From: a virus
Lineage: Duplodnaviria > Caudoviricetes
Virus record (IMG/VR): IMGVR_UViG_3300025653_000115
Span: 1 to 35,482 of that record
Length of the DNA: 35,482 bases
Strand: one strand, 5' to 3'
The notes under the pieces are model-generated. The model did not search any database. It had not been told where the DNA came from and saw nothing but the letters and a program-made list of their open reading frames with translations. Shown here piece after piece: positions 6,946 through 16,319 of this stretch (the stretch's first letter is position 1; each line of letters opens with the position of its first letter). Both the position numbers and the translations under genes were made by a program.

Positions 6946-7200
6946 ATGTCGTTTGATGACTTAGGAGCGGCTTTTGAGGAGATGGAGTGGCTAGTGAAGG
7001 AGACTGGCCGCACATTCCGCATCCTGCACTCAGGCACACGGTCAGCCAAGTACCACGTTGTCCAAAAGGCAGGGAGTGCCAAGGTTCCATTCCTGATCGC
7101 TGAACTGAACTGTCGCAATGTAGTAGGTGATGAGGCAATACAGAAGCGCCGGGGCAGGAAGATGAGGCGAGTCAAGGGTAAGGAGCAATTGAACAAGTGA
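6946..7200 (+). CDS. Hypothetical protein
   Basis: GGAG RBS before ATG 6946 (MSFDDLGAAFEEMEWL...), same frame as track ORF 6901. Confidence 0.6.
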   Translation: MSFDDLGAAFEEMEWLVKETGRTFRILHSGTRSAKYHVVQKAGSAKVPFLIAELNCRNVVGDEAIQKRRGRKMRRVKGKEQLNK

Positions 7201-7249
7201 TACCCACAGTGGTATAAAGTTGCCATCGATAACAACTTTGGACGCTTTT

Positions 7250-7453
7250 ATGGCACAGAGTAATCGCACACCACATCCCTATGCGGAGGCCATCAAGGCA
7301 TATGCCGATGGTTATCGTGTACAATTCAGGGTGAAGCCGGAGCTTTCCAGCTACGGCTCAATGAACACATGGATGGACTCACAACGTCCTGAGTTTCATT
7401 ACACAAACTTTGAATGGAGAATCGCACCGGGGCAAGATCATGAGCGTGGGTAG
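7250..7453 (+). CDS. Conserved-looking phage hypothetical protein
   Basis: PHPYAEAIKAYADG..VQ...W...P.F....EWRIAP pattern recognised from small phage proteins. Confidence 0.6.
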   Translation: MAQSNRTPHPYAEAIKAYADGYRVQFRVKPELSSYGSMNTWMDSQRPEFHYTNFEWRIAPGQDHERG

Positions 7454-7844
7454 ACCAACCAAGTACAACGATGAACTGGCGGATCGCATGATGATTGAGA
7501 TCGCTTCAGGCATGTCTGTGCGCGCACTATGCGAAGACCTCGACTGGACTCCAGACAAAAAGACGTTCTACACATGGATGTTTAAACACCCAGAATTTCT
7601 CCACAAATACGAGATGGCCAAAGCGGCTCAGGCTCAGTGGGCGGCAGAACTGATCGAAGAGATCGCAGACAGCGCGACTACCGAGACGATCCAAGTAGAC
7701 AAGCTCAGGACCGATGTTCGCAAGTGGACAGCGTCCCGACTCCTGCCGAAGAAGTACGGCGACAAGCAGGTAATTGATCACCAGTCTCAGGGCGAGAAGA
7801 TCGATTCAGTCGGTTGGACCGTGACAGTACCTAATGCATCTTGA
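7440..7844 (+). CDS. terS: Terminase small subunit (Sf6 gp1-like)
   Basis: GRPTKY N-terminus, EIAD...KLRTDVRKWTASRLLPKKYGD; directly upstream of TerL. Confidence 0.88.
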   Translation: MSVGRPTKYNDELADRMMIEIASGMSVRALCEDLDWTPDKKTFYTWMFKHPEFLHKYEMAKAAQAQWAAELIEEIADSATTETIQVDKLRTDVRKWTASRLLPKKYGDKQVIDHQSQGEKIDSVGWTVTVPNAS

Positions 7845-9123
7845 TTTCAAATGTGCGGAGGTGTTCTCTCCACTGCTTGCTGATGCGAGATACAAGGGAG
7901 CTTGGGGAGGCCGTGGTAGCGGTAAGTCACACTTCTTTGCTGAACTGATGATTGCAGAAGCAATAAGAACTCCGGGAATGCGGGCTGTCTGTATCCGAGA
8001 GGTACAGAAGTCTCTCAAGCAGTCATCCAAGCGTCTTCTCGAGGACAAGCTACATGGCTACAACTTGGGTGAGCAGGCAGGCTTCAAGGTTTACCGAGAG
8101 TACATCGAGACGCCCGGTGACGGTGTTATCATATTCACTGGCATGCAGGATCACACTGCTGACTCAATTAAGTCACTGGAAGGTTTTGATCGTGCGTGGA
8201 TCGAAGAAGCACAATCTCTGTCACATCGTTCCCTTGAATTGCTCACGCCAACAATGCGGAAAGAGGGATCAGAGATCTGGGCTAGTTGGAACCCTCACCG
8301 CCCGACAGATGCGATTGATCAGTTACTGCGAGGAGACAGAACTCCAACAGGTTCTGTTGTCGTCAACGCAAACTGGAAGCACAACCCGTGGATCAGTAAG
8401 GTACTGCTTCAGGAAAAAGATGACTGTCTGACGATGAACCCGGAGCGGTACGCCCATGTATGGGAGGGTGAGTACGCCACTGTACTGGAAGGTGCTTACT
8501 ACGCAGAACATTTGAACAGGGCGCAACTCGATGGAAGAATCGGATTCTTTGGTAAAGATCCTCTTAGCAAGTGCTACGCTGTATGGGATATCGGTGGTAC
8601 TTCTCGCAAGTCTGACGCTACTGCAATATGGATAGTTCAGTACATCGGTGAAGAGATCAGGCTTCTTGATTACTATGAGGCCGTAGGTCAGCCGTTTGAG
8701 TCTCACGTTCACTGGTTACGCGCCAGAGGCTACGAGGACGCGCTGATGGTCCTGCCGCATGACGGTCGGAAGCATGACATGGTTTACAAGGTAACGCCGG
8801 AGACGTATTTGCAAGATGCCGGATTCACTGTTGACACTATCCCGAACCAAGGCGCAGGAGCAGTATTGTCCCGCATCGAAGCGGCAAGACGCCTATTCCC
8901 CAGTTGCCGATTCCATGACGAAAACACAAAGGCCGGAAGAGAAGCACTCGGTTGGTATCACGAGAAGCGTGACGAAGTGCGAGGGGTCGGGCTTGGACCT
9001 GAACATGACTGGGCTTCCCACGGCGCTGATGCTTTTGGCTTGGTGGCCATCTATAAACAAGGTATCGGCCAGACCGATTCATGGAATACGCCAATACGAA
9101 GAAATCTCGCGGGCGTTGCTTGA
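7834..9123 (+). CDS. terL: Terminase large subunit (PBSX-like)
   Basis: WGGRGSGKSH Walker A, WIEEAQ Walker B, WDIG and HDWASHGADAFG nuclease motifs. Confidence 0.95.
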   Translation: MHLDFKCAEVFSPLLADARYKGAWGGRGSGKSHFFAELMIAEAIRTPGMRAVCIREVQKSLKQSSKRLLEDKLHGYNLGEQAGFKVYREYIETPGDGVIIFTGMQDHTADSIKSLEGFDRAWIEEAQSLSHRSLELLTPTMRKEGSEIWASWNPHRPTDAIDQLLRGDRTPTGSVVVNANWKHNPWISKVLLQEKDDCLTMNPERYAHVWEGEYATVLEGAYYAEHLNRAQLDGRIGFFGKDPLSKCYAVWDIGGTSRKSDATAIWIVQYIGEEIRLLDYYEAVGQPFESHVHWLRARGYEDALMVLPHDGRKHDMVYKVTPETYLQDAGFTVDTIPNQGAGAVLSRIEAARRLFPSCRFHDENTKAGREALGWYHEKRDEVRGVGLGPEHDWASHGADAFGLVAIYKQGIGQTDSWNTPIRRNLAGVA

Positions 9124-9143
9124 TTAGCGGTGTCTGTTAAAAT
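9116..9143 (+). promoter_or_regulatory. Putative sigma70-type promoter
   Basis: TTGCTT-16bp-TAAAAT with extended TGn. Confidence 0.5.
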
Positions 9144-9178
9144 GGCGAAGGGCGAGCATATTTTATCTGGGGCAACCG

Positions 9179-10384
9179 ATGGCGGTTTCAAACGATATTC
9201 TTGAGTACCTTGTTCGCCAATTCGGTGATGTGGCAATCGATCCGCGTTACGGTCGTACATCTGATATCCCTGAAATCGAAAAGCTACGCGGCACATATAT
9301 CCCCGGCCAACAGGTAGAAATCCCACAGCGTTCATTAACAGACTTTGAAGGCCATCCATACGTCATCTATCAGTCAGATAGAACTGACGCGAACAAAGAT
9401 CTAGTCAACATCAAGGGCGAGAATCTGAAGAACCCTGTGAGGCTACAGGGCGGTCAGGATTTCATGTTCACCAATGACAAGGGTCTTGTATGGGCATCCG
9501 ATCCAGAGATCGTGAAGAAGATGTTGGCTCGCGCAGGGAAGGCCCAAAAAGACTTCAAGACAGATAAGCCTGTCCTTTTTATGCCGTACAGAATGTCCCC
9601 GACCGGCGGTGACTTTGCGTCAATGACTGGTGAAGCCATGATGCGTTGGGCGCAGTCAACTATGAATAAGCGTCAAAAGGCCAAGGTCAACAAGATATTC
9701 AAGAAGTACATTCCTGAGTTCAAGGGGATCGACAGCGAGGAAGGGTTTCAGCAATTCAGAAGTATTCCGGGAGGAACCCGTGTTGATCTCATCCGGGATT
9801 TTGATAAAGACATGTGGCAGGATGGCGGACTCCGAATTGGAGAGGCTCGCGCACTTGTATCTGCCCCAGATCAATTCGGCGCTCCAGATATCGGACTTCA
9901 GAATGTTGGTTTAATTGATCCGAAAGGCGGTTACATCGATGACACCGGACATCTCACTTACAAGGGCGGACTGCCGGGTGAGGGTGTCGGTCGCATCAAG
10001 GAAAATCTGACAGCGGATCAGTTATTGCCTGATTGGATGAAAGATAAGGGCTTCACAACATACGATGAAGCCAGAAAGGCTCAGAGATCCCTATCAATGA
10101 CCGGCAAGAACATGGGCATTCTTGATGAGAAGACACTCAAGGCATTGATCGGTGGAGGCACATTACTAGGTGCGGCAGGCGCAAATGCATCACCAGTCCC
10201 CGGCGGGTTCGATATGCCGGATGCAGGTAAGGTCAGAGAAGGTTTGGCAATGCAACGTGAAACACAGCCAGATGTAATCTCGCCAAACGCTATACTTGAA
10301 GAGCTACTCGGTTTCATGGCCCCAACAACCATGGGCGGCGGTGTCGATACGATGGAAGGCTATCTCAGGAGTCAGACACGATAA
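9179..10384 (+). CDS. Hypothetical protein, putative internal virion/effector protein
   Basis: 401-aa ORF; C-terminal motif shared with the next gene. Confidence 0.65.
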   Translation: MAVSNDILEYLVRQFGDVAIDPRYGRTSDIPEIEKLRGTYIPGQQVEIPQRSLTDFEGHPYVIYQSDRTDANKDLVNIKGENLKNPVRLQGGQDFMFTNDKGLVWASDPEIVKKMLARAGKAQKDFKTDKPVLFMPYRMSPTGGDFASMTGEAMMRWAQSTMNKRQKAKVNKIFKKYIPEFKGIDSEEGFQQFRSIPGGTRVDLIRDFDKDMWQDGGLRIGEARALVSAPDQFGAPDIGLQNVGLIDPKGGYIDDTGHLTYKGGLPGEGVGRIKENLTADQLLPDWMKDKGFTTYDEARKAQRSLSMTGKNMGILDEKTLKALIGGGTLLGAAGANASPVPGGFDMPDAGKVREGLAMQRETQPDVISPNAILEELLGFMAPTTMGGGVDTMEGYLRSQTR

Positions 10385-11208
10385 TGGCTAATCCAATCCT
10401 GAAGCAGATCGATGATCTAGCAAGAAATTATGCTGACCTGTTTGAAAAAATAGGCGCTCCAAAGTCCACAGTTGAAAAGATCAGAAGTGGCGAGCTTCCT
10501 ATGGATGAGGCATCGAGGATGCAACGCGCCATAGAGCAAGGCTACGATCCAAAGGTTACTTACCATCATGGGCGCAAAGGTATAACAGAGTTCCGAATCC
10601 CAACAGACGGCAGAAACTATAAGTACGGCCCTGCTGTATATTCATCACCAAAACGTGGGTATGGAGAGCCGTATTTAAGAGCTAACAAAATCTCTGATGA
10701 AGACGCAAAGATTTATGAATTAATGTCTCGCGGAAAGATTGCCTCAACAGATAAGGTTTCCGATCAACATTTCGATGCGAGAAACATGGCGTTCGATATT
10801 GCAGATCAAGAGGGCCGTGATTCAAATCCAAATGATTACTGGAGAGCAATGCATCAGATATTGCAAGATAAAGGATATACTGGCCTCGACATCATGAAAG
10901 AGCGAGCCGTATTCGATCCTGCGAACGTCAGATATAAGGGTGCGGCCTTTGACCCTGATCAGGTTGGCAACCCCAACATCTTTGCATCAACGGCTCCAGT
11001 TGCGGCAGGGGGTATACTTGGTGCGCTAGGTTTGCCAGAAGACGCTACAGCGGCGGATATCGCTACAGCAGGCATGACGGTAGCGCCAAAGGAAGAGGCT
11101 CAAGCAGAGACTCAGCAGATGATCTTGGATGCATTGCTTGGCTTCATGGCTCCAACGCCACTAGGTGATGCTACAATGGACGCATACAACAAGCGGAAGG
11201 CCAAGTGA
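10384..11208 (+). CDS. Putative ADP-ribosyltransferase-like (ART-PolyVal-type) protein
   Basis: YHHG...GPAVYSSP...Y...GYTGL....ERAVFDPANVRYKGAAFDP pattern. Confidence 0.55.
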   Translation: MANPILKQIDDLARNYADLFEKIGAPKSTVEKIRSGELPMDEASRMQRAIEQGYDPKVTYHHGRKGITEFRIPTDGRNYKYGPAVYSSPKRGYGEPYLRANKISDEDAKIYELMSRGKIASTDKVSDQHFDARNMAFDIADQEGRDSNPNDYWRAMHQILQDKGYTGLDIMKERAVFDPANVRYKGAAFDPDQVGNPNIFASTAPVAAGGILGALGLPEDATAADIATAGMTVAPKEEAQAETQQMILDALLGFMAPTPLGDATMDAYNKRKAK

Positions 11209-11837
11209 TGGCGATTACGAACTACACGAATTTGAAGACCACGATCAGTGACTTCCTGAACCGGGATGATCTGGATTCTGCGATCCCAATATTTATTCAG
11301 TTGGCCGAGGCTCAGTTCAACCGAGACATCCGCCACTGGCAGATGGAAGCTCGCTCATCAGGTCAGCAATCCCAGGGTGACCAGTACATGCAGTTGCCTG
11401 CTGATTGGAACGAGACGATCCGGCTACACGTCACAGGCGGTGGCACATCTGTCGTTGAGCTACTCAGTTTAAGTGGCATGGCAGACAAAAGAGCGGCGGC
11501 AGAAGATCAGGCAGGAAAGCCACGGTTCTATGCTCACGTTCGCGGTGAGTTCGAGCTTTATCCGACACCGGATGAAGATACTGACTTTGAACTGCTATAC
11601 TACTCAAAGATCCCGGCATTATCCGACTCCAACACATCGAACTGGTTGTTGGAATATGCACCGGATGTGTACCTGTATGGCGCACTAGGTCACTCAGCAC
11701 CATACTTGCAGGAAGATGCACGTTTGGCTGTCTGGGCGCAGATGTATGCCGCGGCAGTACAGAACTTGAATAATCAGTCTGAGCGCGTTAAGAACTCAGG
11801 TACTGGTATTAGACTCAACATACGAGGACTTGGATAA
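11208..11837 (+). CDS. Head-tail adaptor / tail tubular A-like protein
   Basis: MAITNYTNLKTTISDFLNRDDL...FIQLAEA...YPTPD...NWLLEYAPDVYLYG podovirus adaptor signature. Confidence 0.8.
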   Translation: MAITNYTNLKTTISDFLNRDDLDSAIPIFIQLAEAQFNRDIRHWQMEARSSGQQSQGDQYMQLPADWNETIRLHVTGGGTSVVELLSLSGMADKRAAAEDQAGKPRFYAHVRGEFELYPTPDEDTDFELLYYSKIPALSDSNTSNWLLEYAPDVYLYGALGHSAPYLQEDARLAVWAQMYAAAVQNLNNQSERVKNSGTGIRLNIRGLG

Positions 11838-12223
11838 TGTCATTCTCAAACTACTTGGAAACAGAGATCCTTGATCATGTTTTCGGTGCGGCGGCTTACA
11901 CTGCCCCTGCTACGCTTTATGTGGCCCTACACACTGCAAATCCAGATGAGGATGGGTCAGGTGCAGAGGTAACTACTTCAGGCACAGGATACTCTCGCCA
12001 GACGGTCACGTTCACAACTTCAGGCAACACCACATCGAATGATGCGGCAGTCGAGTTCCCAACAGCGACAGCGAACTACGGCACTGTGTCTCACGTTGGT
12101 GTCTGGGACGCTTCAACAGCAGGGAACCTGTTGGCGTATGCGGCACTGAGTTCATCCAAGACAATCGAAACTGGTGACGTATTCCGCATCCCTGCGAGCG
12201 ATCTCGATATCACACTTGACTAA
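11837..12223 (+). CDS. Virion structural (tail-associated) protein
   Basis: MSFSNYLE...YVALHTANP...FPTATANYGTVSHVGVWDASTAGNLL pattern. Confidence 0.7.
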   Translation: MSFSNYLETEILDHVFGAAAYTAPATLYVALHTANPDEDGSGAEVTTSGTGYSRQTVTFTTSGNTTSNDAAVEFPTATANYGTVSHVGVWDASTAGNLLAYAALSSSKTIETGDVFRIPASDLDITLD

Positions 12224-12233
12224 GGAGTGAGCA

Positions 12234-13730
12234 ATGGCTCTTGTAGTTAAGGATCGGGTAAAAGAAACCACGGCAACCACTGGCACTGGAACTGTTACGC
12301 TTGCAGGGGCGGCTGATGGGTTTCAGTCGTTCTCTGTCATTGGCGATGGCAATACCACTTACTACGCGATTGTTGATTCAGCGAATCAGGCATGGGAGGT
12401 TGGTCTAGGCACATATACTGCCACGGGAACCACGCTGTCACGCGATACGATCCTTGAGTCATCAAACGCAGGGGCGGCTGTTGATTTTGCGGCAGGGGAC
12501 AAGTCTGTATTTGTCACTCATCCTGCTGAGAAAGCCGCGTTCACAGATGACATCCCGACTGCTGTCTCAGAGCTAACAAACGACTCTGGGTACATCACTG
12601 GCAACCAGACAATCACGCTGACAGGCGATGCTTCTGGGTCAGGCACAACCAGTATTGCTGTCACGGTTGCCAACGACAGCCACAGTCACTCAAACTACTT
12701 GCCATTGACTGGCGGAACAATGACTGGAGAGCTTCAGCTCAACTCTCGCTTAGACGTTGGGAATGGGACTAACGGTGACCATGAGGTCAGAATCTACAAG
12801 GGTGACAACAATGTCTCTGACCATATCCAATTTTATAATGGCACCACACGGGTTGGTGAGATTGGGTGTGAAGACGATACATGGCTAAGAATCAATCAGG
12901 AAACGGCAAAGAACATCTATACGCCACGGTATATGCGAGCAGATAGCGGGTTTTATATAGGCGCTGACAACAGACTTACGAATGGCACTAATTACATTAA
13001 TGCTACTTACGGCTCCACTGGCGCAGGAGGCATGCGTCTTTATGATTCAGGCGGAGTTATTCAGAGTTACTGGTATGGCGATGGTAACGGAGAAGGCGGC
13101 CTACTAGACAACGATGGAAACTGGTTTGTCCGAGCTAGAACAGGTTCAAACAACAATTACATTTACTGCAACAACAATCCCGAGGTATTGATCTACACGA
13201 GCTACTGCCTTGCTCCGGGGTCATTCAGATCGCCTATCTTCTATGACTCAGATAACACTGCGTATTATACCAACCCTGCCTCAACTTCAGTGATGAACAC
13301 CATCGATCTTGAAGGGACTATGCGTCACAACGGTGACACCAACACTTATATTCAATTCCATGCGGCTGACCAATGGCGTGTGGTAACAGGTGGCACTGAA
13401 AGGCTTGAGGTCAACAACACGAACACCACTGTGGCGAACAATCTGGTAGCCAGAGGTGTGCCAAGATCTGCGGCCACTGGCTTGCATACTTCAGCGGCAA
13501 CAATGTTCACGCTTCCTGCAAGGAGCTTTGCGTTCTTGTATGGAAACGCAAACATTGATGCAAGTGGAAGCGGTGTTAGCTTTGTGACCGATGGGGCGCA
13601 AGGCGACAGTATGTCAACGACATCACAGTCAGGAAACGGCACATGGATTCTATTCAACGAAAACCTGACCACAGATCGATCAATCAGATTGAACAGTGGT
13701 GCTATTCGTTGGATGGTAATTAACGACTAA
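12234..13730 (+). CDS. Tail fibre / receptor-binding protein
   Basis: [13 protein letters not shown] anchor domain, G/T/N-rich beta segments, [10 protein letters not shown] repeat, distinct C-terminal domain. Confidence 0.8.
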   Translation: MALVVKDRVKETTATTGTGTVTLAGAADGFQSFSVIGDGNTTYYAIVDSANQAWEVGLGTYTATGTTLSRDTILESSNAGAAVDFAAGDKSVFVTHPAEKAAFTDDIPTAVSELTNDSGYITGNQTITLTGDASGSGTTSIAVTVANDSHSHSNYLPLTGGTMTGELQLNSRLDVGNGTNGDHEVRIYKGDNNVSDHIQFYNGTTRVGEIGCEDDTWLRINQETAKNIYTPRYMRADSGFYIGADNRLTNGTNYINATYGSTGAGGMRLYDSGGVIQSYWYGDGNGEGGLLDNDGNWFVRARTGSNNNYIYCNNNPEVLIYTSYCLAPGSFRSPIFYDSDNTAYYTNPASTSVMNTIDLEGTMRHNGDTNTYIQFHAADQWRVVTGGTERLEVNNTNTTVANNLVARGVPRSAATGLHTSAATMFTLPARSFAFLYGNANIDASGSGVSFVTDGAQGDSMSTTSQSGNGTWILFNENLTTDRSIRLNSGAIRWMVIND

Positions 13731-13739
13731 AGGGGATTT

Positions 13740-13955
13740 ATGTTTAATCAAGTATTTTCATCAAGTTTCAAGAAGGGGGCGGTTGATCTATCTGACGAGG
13801 AGCTACGTCTTGTGTTAACTGGACTAGCTGAGCTTCCCACAAAGATGTCCATCAATCTGTTCTTGAAATTAGACGCGATACTGAAGGCGCGGCACGACAC
13901 AAGAAATCAGCCAGAGCCAGATCAGCCTGAAAGCGAGGAAGATAATGGCGATTAA
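13740..13955 (+). CDS. Small tail-fibre-associated protein
   Basis: 71 aa directly after the fibre; AAGGGG RBS. Confidence 0.55.
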   Translation: MFNQVFSSSFKKGAVDLSDEELRLVLTGLAELPTKMSINLFLKLDAILKARHDTRNQPEPDQPESEEDNGD

Positions 13956-14292
13956 ATACACTTGGAAGATCGTCCGAATCAAGACAACGAACACCGATTC
14001 GTTTGAGAACGCTATCGTCAACACCTATTGGCAAAAGATTGGTTATGACGATGTTTCAGGCGTGACTGGTTATTTTGAGGGCGCGACTCCATTTGATGCA
14101 GATCAGATCGATCCAAATAACTTCACTGCGCTAGACCAACTGACAGAAGATATGGTTCTTGGCTGGGTGAAGAATCTTGTCACTGGTGATTATGCGGCTC
14201 ACGTTGACGCTGAGATACAGCGAGAAATCAACGACAAGGCTGAGATCGTGACTGAGGTAGAAGAAGACGACTTGCCTTGGAAGGCTGAGTAA
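13945..14292 (+). CDS. Putative tail fibre assembly protein
   Basis: YTWKI...F.ALDQLTEDMVLGWVK...LPW pattern typical of genes following fibres. Confidence 0.6.
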   Translation: MAIKYTWKIVRIKTTNTDSFENAIVNTYWQKIGYDDVSGVTGYFEGATPFDADQIDPNNFTALDQLTEDMVLGWVKNLVTGDYAAHVDAEIQREINDKAEIVTEVEEDDLPWKAE

Positions 14293-15131
14293 TGCTTGGC
14301 TTTGGCTCTTACTCGCAATTTGCTTACTCTGAGGAGAAGTCTGCTCAGACGTTTGAGGTTGCGGTAACAGTCAGTGTTTCATCAAGCACATCGGTTACAG
14401 CAGAGCGAGAGCAAAGCGCATCTGCACTGGTTTCTGCATCATGCTCAACATCTGCACAGGCAAGGCGTGTCCCACTTGGATCTGCGCTAATCAATGGCAC
14501 GGCAACCACATCAGTCAATACGACTGCGAACGGTGCGAGGGTCAGAGAGTCATCAGCGACATCTTTACCGACAGCATCCTTTGCCTCAGAAGTGGTGCGT
14601 GTCAGGGAAGGCGATGCGAATCCATCTGGAACCGCAAGCGGAACAGCTAACAGCGTATTTGTTGTCAGCGCAGACGTTACGATCACAGCGGCATCGTCAA
14701 ACACAAGTGGCGTTGAGAGGGTCAGAGAGGCCACAGGAGCGTCTTCTTGCTCATCAAGCAACACTTGCTCCTCTGAGAAGATATTCCAGTCTTCAGCAGA
14801 GTCATATTCGCCTTCAACAATCAGCGTTGCGACATCGTGCATATTTGTCGGTGCGCCACAGGTAGACGCACTATCATCAACGACTTCTGTACCTGAGAGA
14901 GTGAGAGAAGGTTCATTACTCTCAGAGCCAACATCTGTTGTCGTAGCCGTAGGGCGCGAAAAATGGGAAAATATCGCAGAAGGTGCTGAAACATGGTCAG
15001 ATATCGCAAAAGGCGATCAAGATTGGTCAGAGATCAGCAAGGGAAGTGAGACTTGGACAGCGGAGGCATCTGCCTCAACAACATGGGAATCAATAGCAGT
15101 CGGCTCGACAGATTGGACTGAGGCGGCATAG
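14292..15131 (+). CDS. Ser/Thr/Ala-rich repetitive virion protein
   Basis: Recurrent RVRE units and C-terminal 10-aa-period Trp repeats ([31 protein letters not shown]...). Confidence 0.7.
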   Translation: MLGFGSYSQFAYSEEKSAQTFEVAVTVSVSSSTSVTAEREQSASALVSASCSTSAQARRVPLGSALINGTATTSVNTTANGARVRESSATSLPTASFASEVVRVREGDANPSGTASGTANSVFVVSADVTITAASSNTSGVERVREATGASSCSSSNTCSSEKIFQSSAESYSPSTISVATSCIFVGAPQVDALSSTTSVPERVREGSLLSEPTSVVVAVGREKWENIAEGAETWSDIAKGDQDWSEISKGSETWTAEASASTTWESIAVGSTDWTEAA

Positions 15132-15141
15132 AGGATCAAAA

Positions 15142-15786
15142 ATGGCAGATACTACGACAACCAATTATTCGTTCACCAAACCAGAGGTTGGAGCCAGTGA
15201 ATCCACATGGGGGACGAAACTCAACCAGAACTGGGATGATCTCGATTCAGACCTGAAGGCCGTTGCAGATCTCGCAGGAATCAACGAGAACACTGCTGAG
15301 GCAAGCATCGATGGCTCAGACCTGATTAACGTATATGACGTATCAGCAGGGGCGGTTAGGAAAGCGACAATTACTAATGCGGCATTAGTTGGCCCGACTG
15401 GCCCTACTGGTGCAACAGGACCGACTGGACCGACTGGACCCACGGGAAGCCCCGGACCAACCGGACCCACTGGGCCGACTGGCCCGACAGGCCCGACAGG
15501 TCCAACTGGGCCAAGTTACGATACCGCGACAACAGGCCTCACCACATCAGCAGGGACAATGTTCACAATGGGTCCAAAAGCAGTGGCTTACCTTTATGGA
15601 ACTGGGCCAGTAAAAGCGAGTGGAACTGGGGTCCATTTTGTTACTGATGGCGCACAAGGAGATTCTCTGAGCCTGACATCGCAATCTGGTGGCGGCACAT
15701 GGGTTCTATTTAATGAATCAGCGAGCAATAGAACAATATCGCTAGTGTCTGGATCAATACGTTGGATGGATATCAACATTGCGTAA
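15142..15786 (+). CDS. Collagen-like tail fibre protein
   Basis: [28 protein letters not shown] anchor, (GPT)n collagen repeat, C-terminal domain paralogous to that of 12234-13730. Confidence 0.8.
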   Translation: MADTTTTNYSFTKPEVGASESTWGTKLNQNWDDLDSDLKAVADLAGINENTAEASIDGSDLINVYDVSAGAVRKATITNAALVGPTGPTGATGPTGPTGPTGSPGPTGPTGPTGPTGPTGPTGPSYDTATTGLTTSAGTMFTMGPKAVAYLYGTGPVKASGTGVHFVTDGAQGDSLSLTSQSGGGTWVLFNESASNRTISLVSGSIRWMDINIA

Positions 15787-16318
15787 CATCTGGCAACTAT
15801 GGGATCGCGGATTCGATCAAGAGTCCTGCGATTTCATTTGTAATGATTTGGTCAGCCAGACGCAACAGGCGACTATTGGAGTAGCGGGTTCGGATGTTAA
15901 TGAGTCCATACGCAGTAGCAGAGTCCAATGGCTTACAGACAATGAGTGGCTCAGGAATCGCCTGTGGGATTACATCCGCATGGCAAACGATAATGCATTT
16001 GATTTTCACCTTCACGATATAGAGAACATTCAGTACACCGAATATCACGCTGATGATGAAGGCCATTACGACTGGCACATCGACACATTCTGGGACGCAG
16101 ATCAGAAGTATGATCGGAAACTGTCATTGACGATTCAATTGTCAGATAATGATGAATACGAAGGCGGTGACTTTGAGTGCGAGATTGAATCACCAAACAA
16201 TCGCAATAAAGGCTCAGTGATCGTCTTTCCTTCCTACATCAGGCATCGCGTCACCCCGGTGACTAGCGGTGTGAGAAAGAGCTTGGTTTGTTGGGTCAAC
16301 GGCCCTAGATGGAGATAG
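15779..16318 (+). CDS. 2OG-Fe(II) oxygenase (prolyl 4-hydroxylase-like)
   Basis: YDWHID (HxD), [32 protein letters not shown]. Confidence 0.9.
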   Translation: MRNIWQLWDRGFDQESCDFICNDLVSQTQQATIGVAGSDVNESIRSSRVQWLTDNEWLRNRLWDYIRMANDNAFDFHLHDIENIQYTEYHADDEGHYDWHIDTFWDADQKYDRKLSLTIQLSDNDEYEGGDFECEIESPNNRNKGSVIVFPSYIRHRVTPVTSGVRKSLVCWVNGPRWR

Positions 16319-16319
16319 C

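Noticed and set aside
7834-9123. Intein or intron in TerL
   Set aside because: Normal length, continuous motifs and no splice signatures
13470-15786. Diversity-generating retroelement TR/VR pair
   Set aside because: No reverse transcriptase; differences are mostly synonymous and not adenine-specific; both copies are coding
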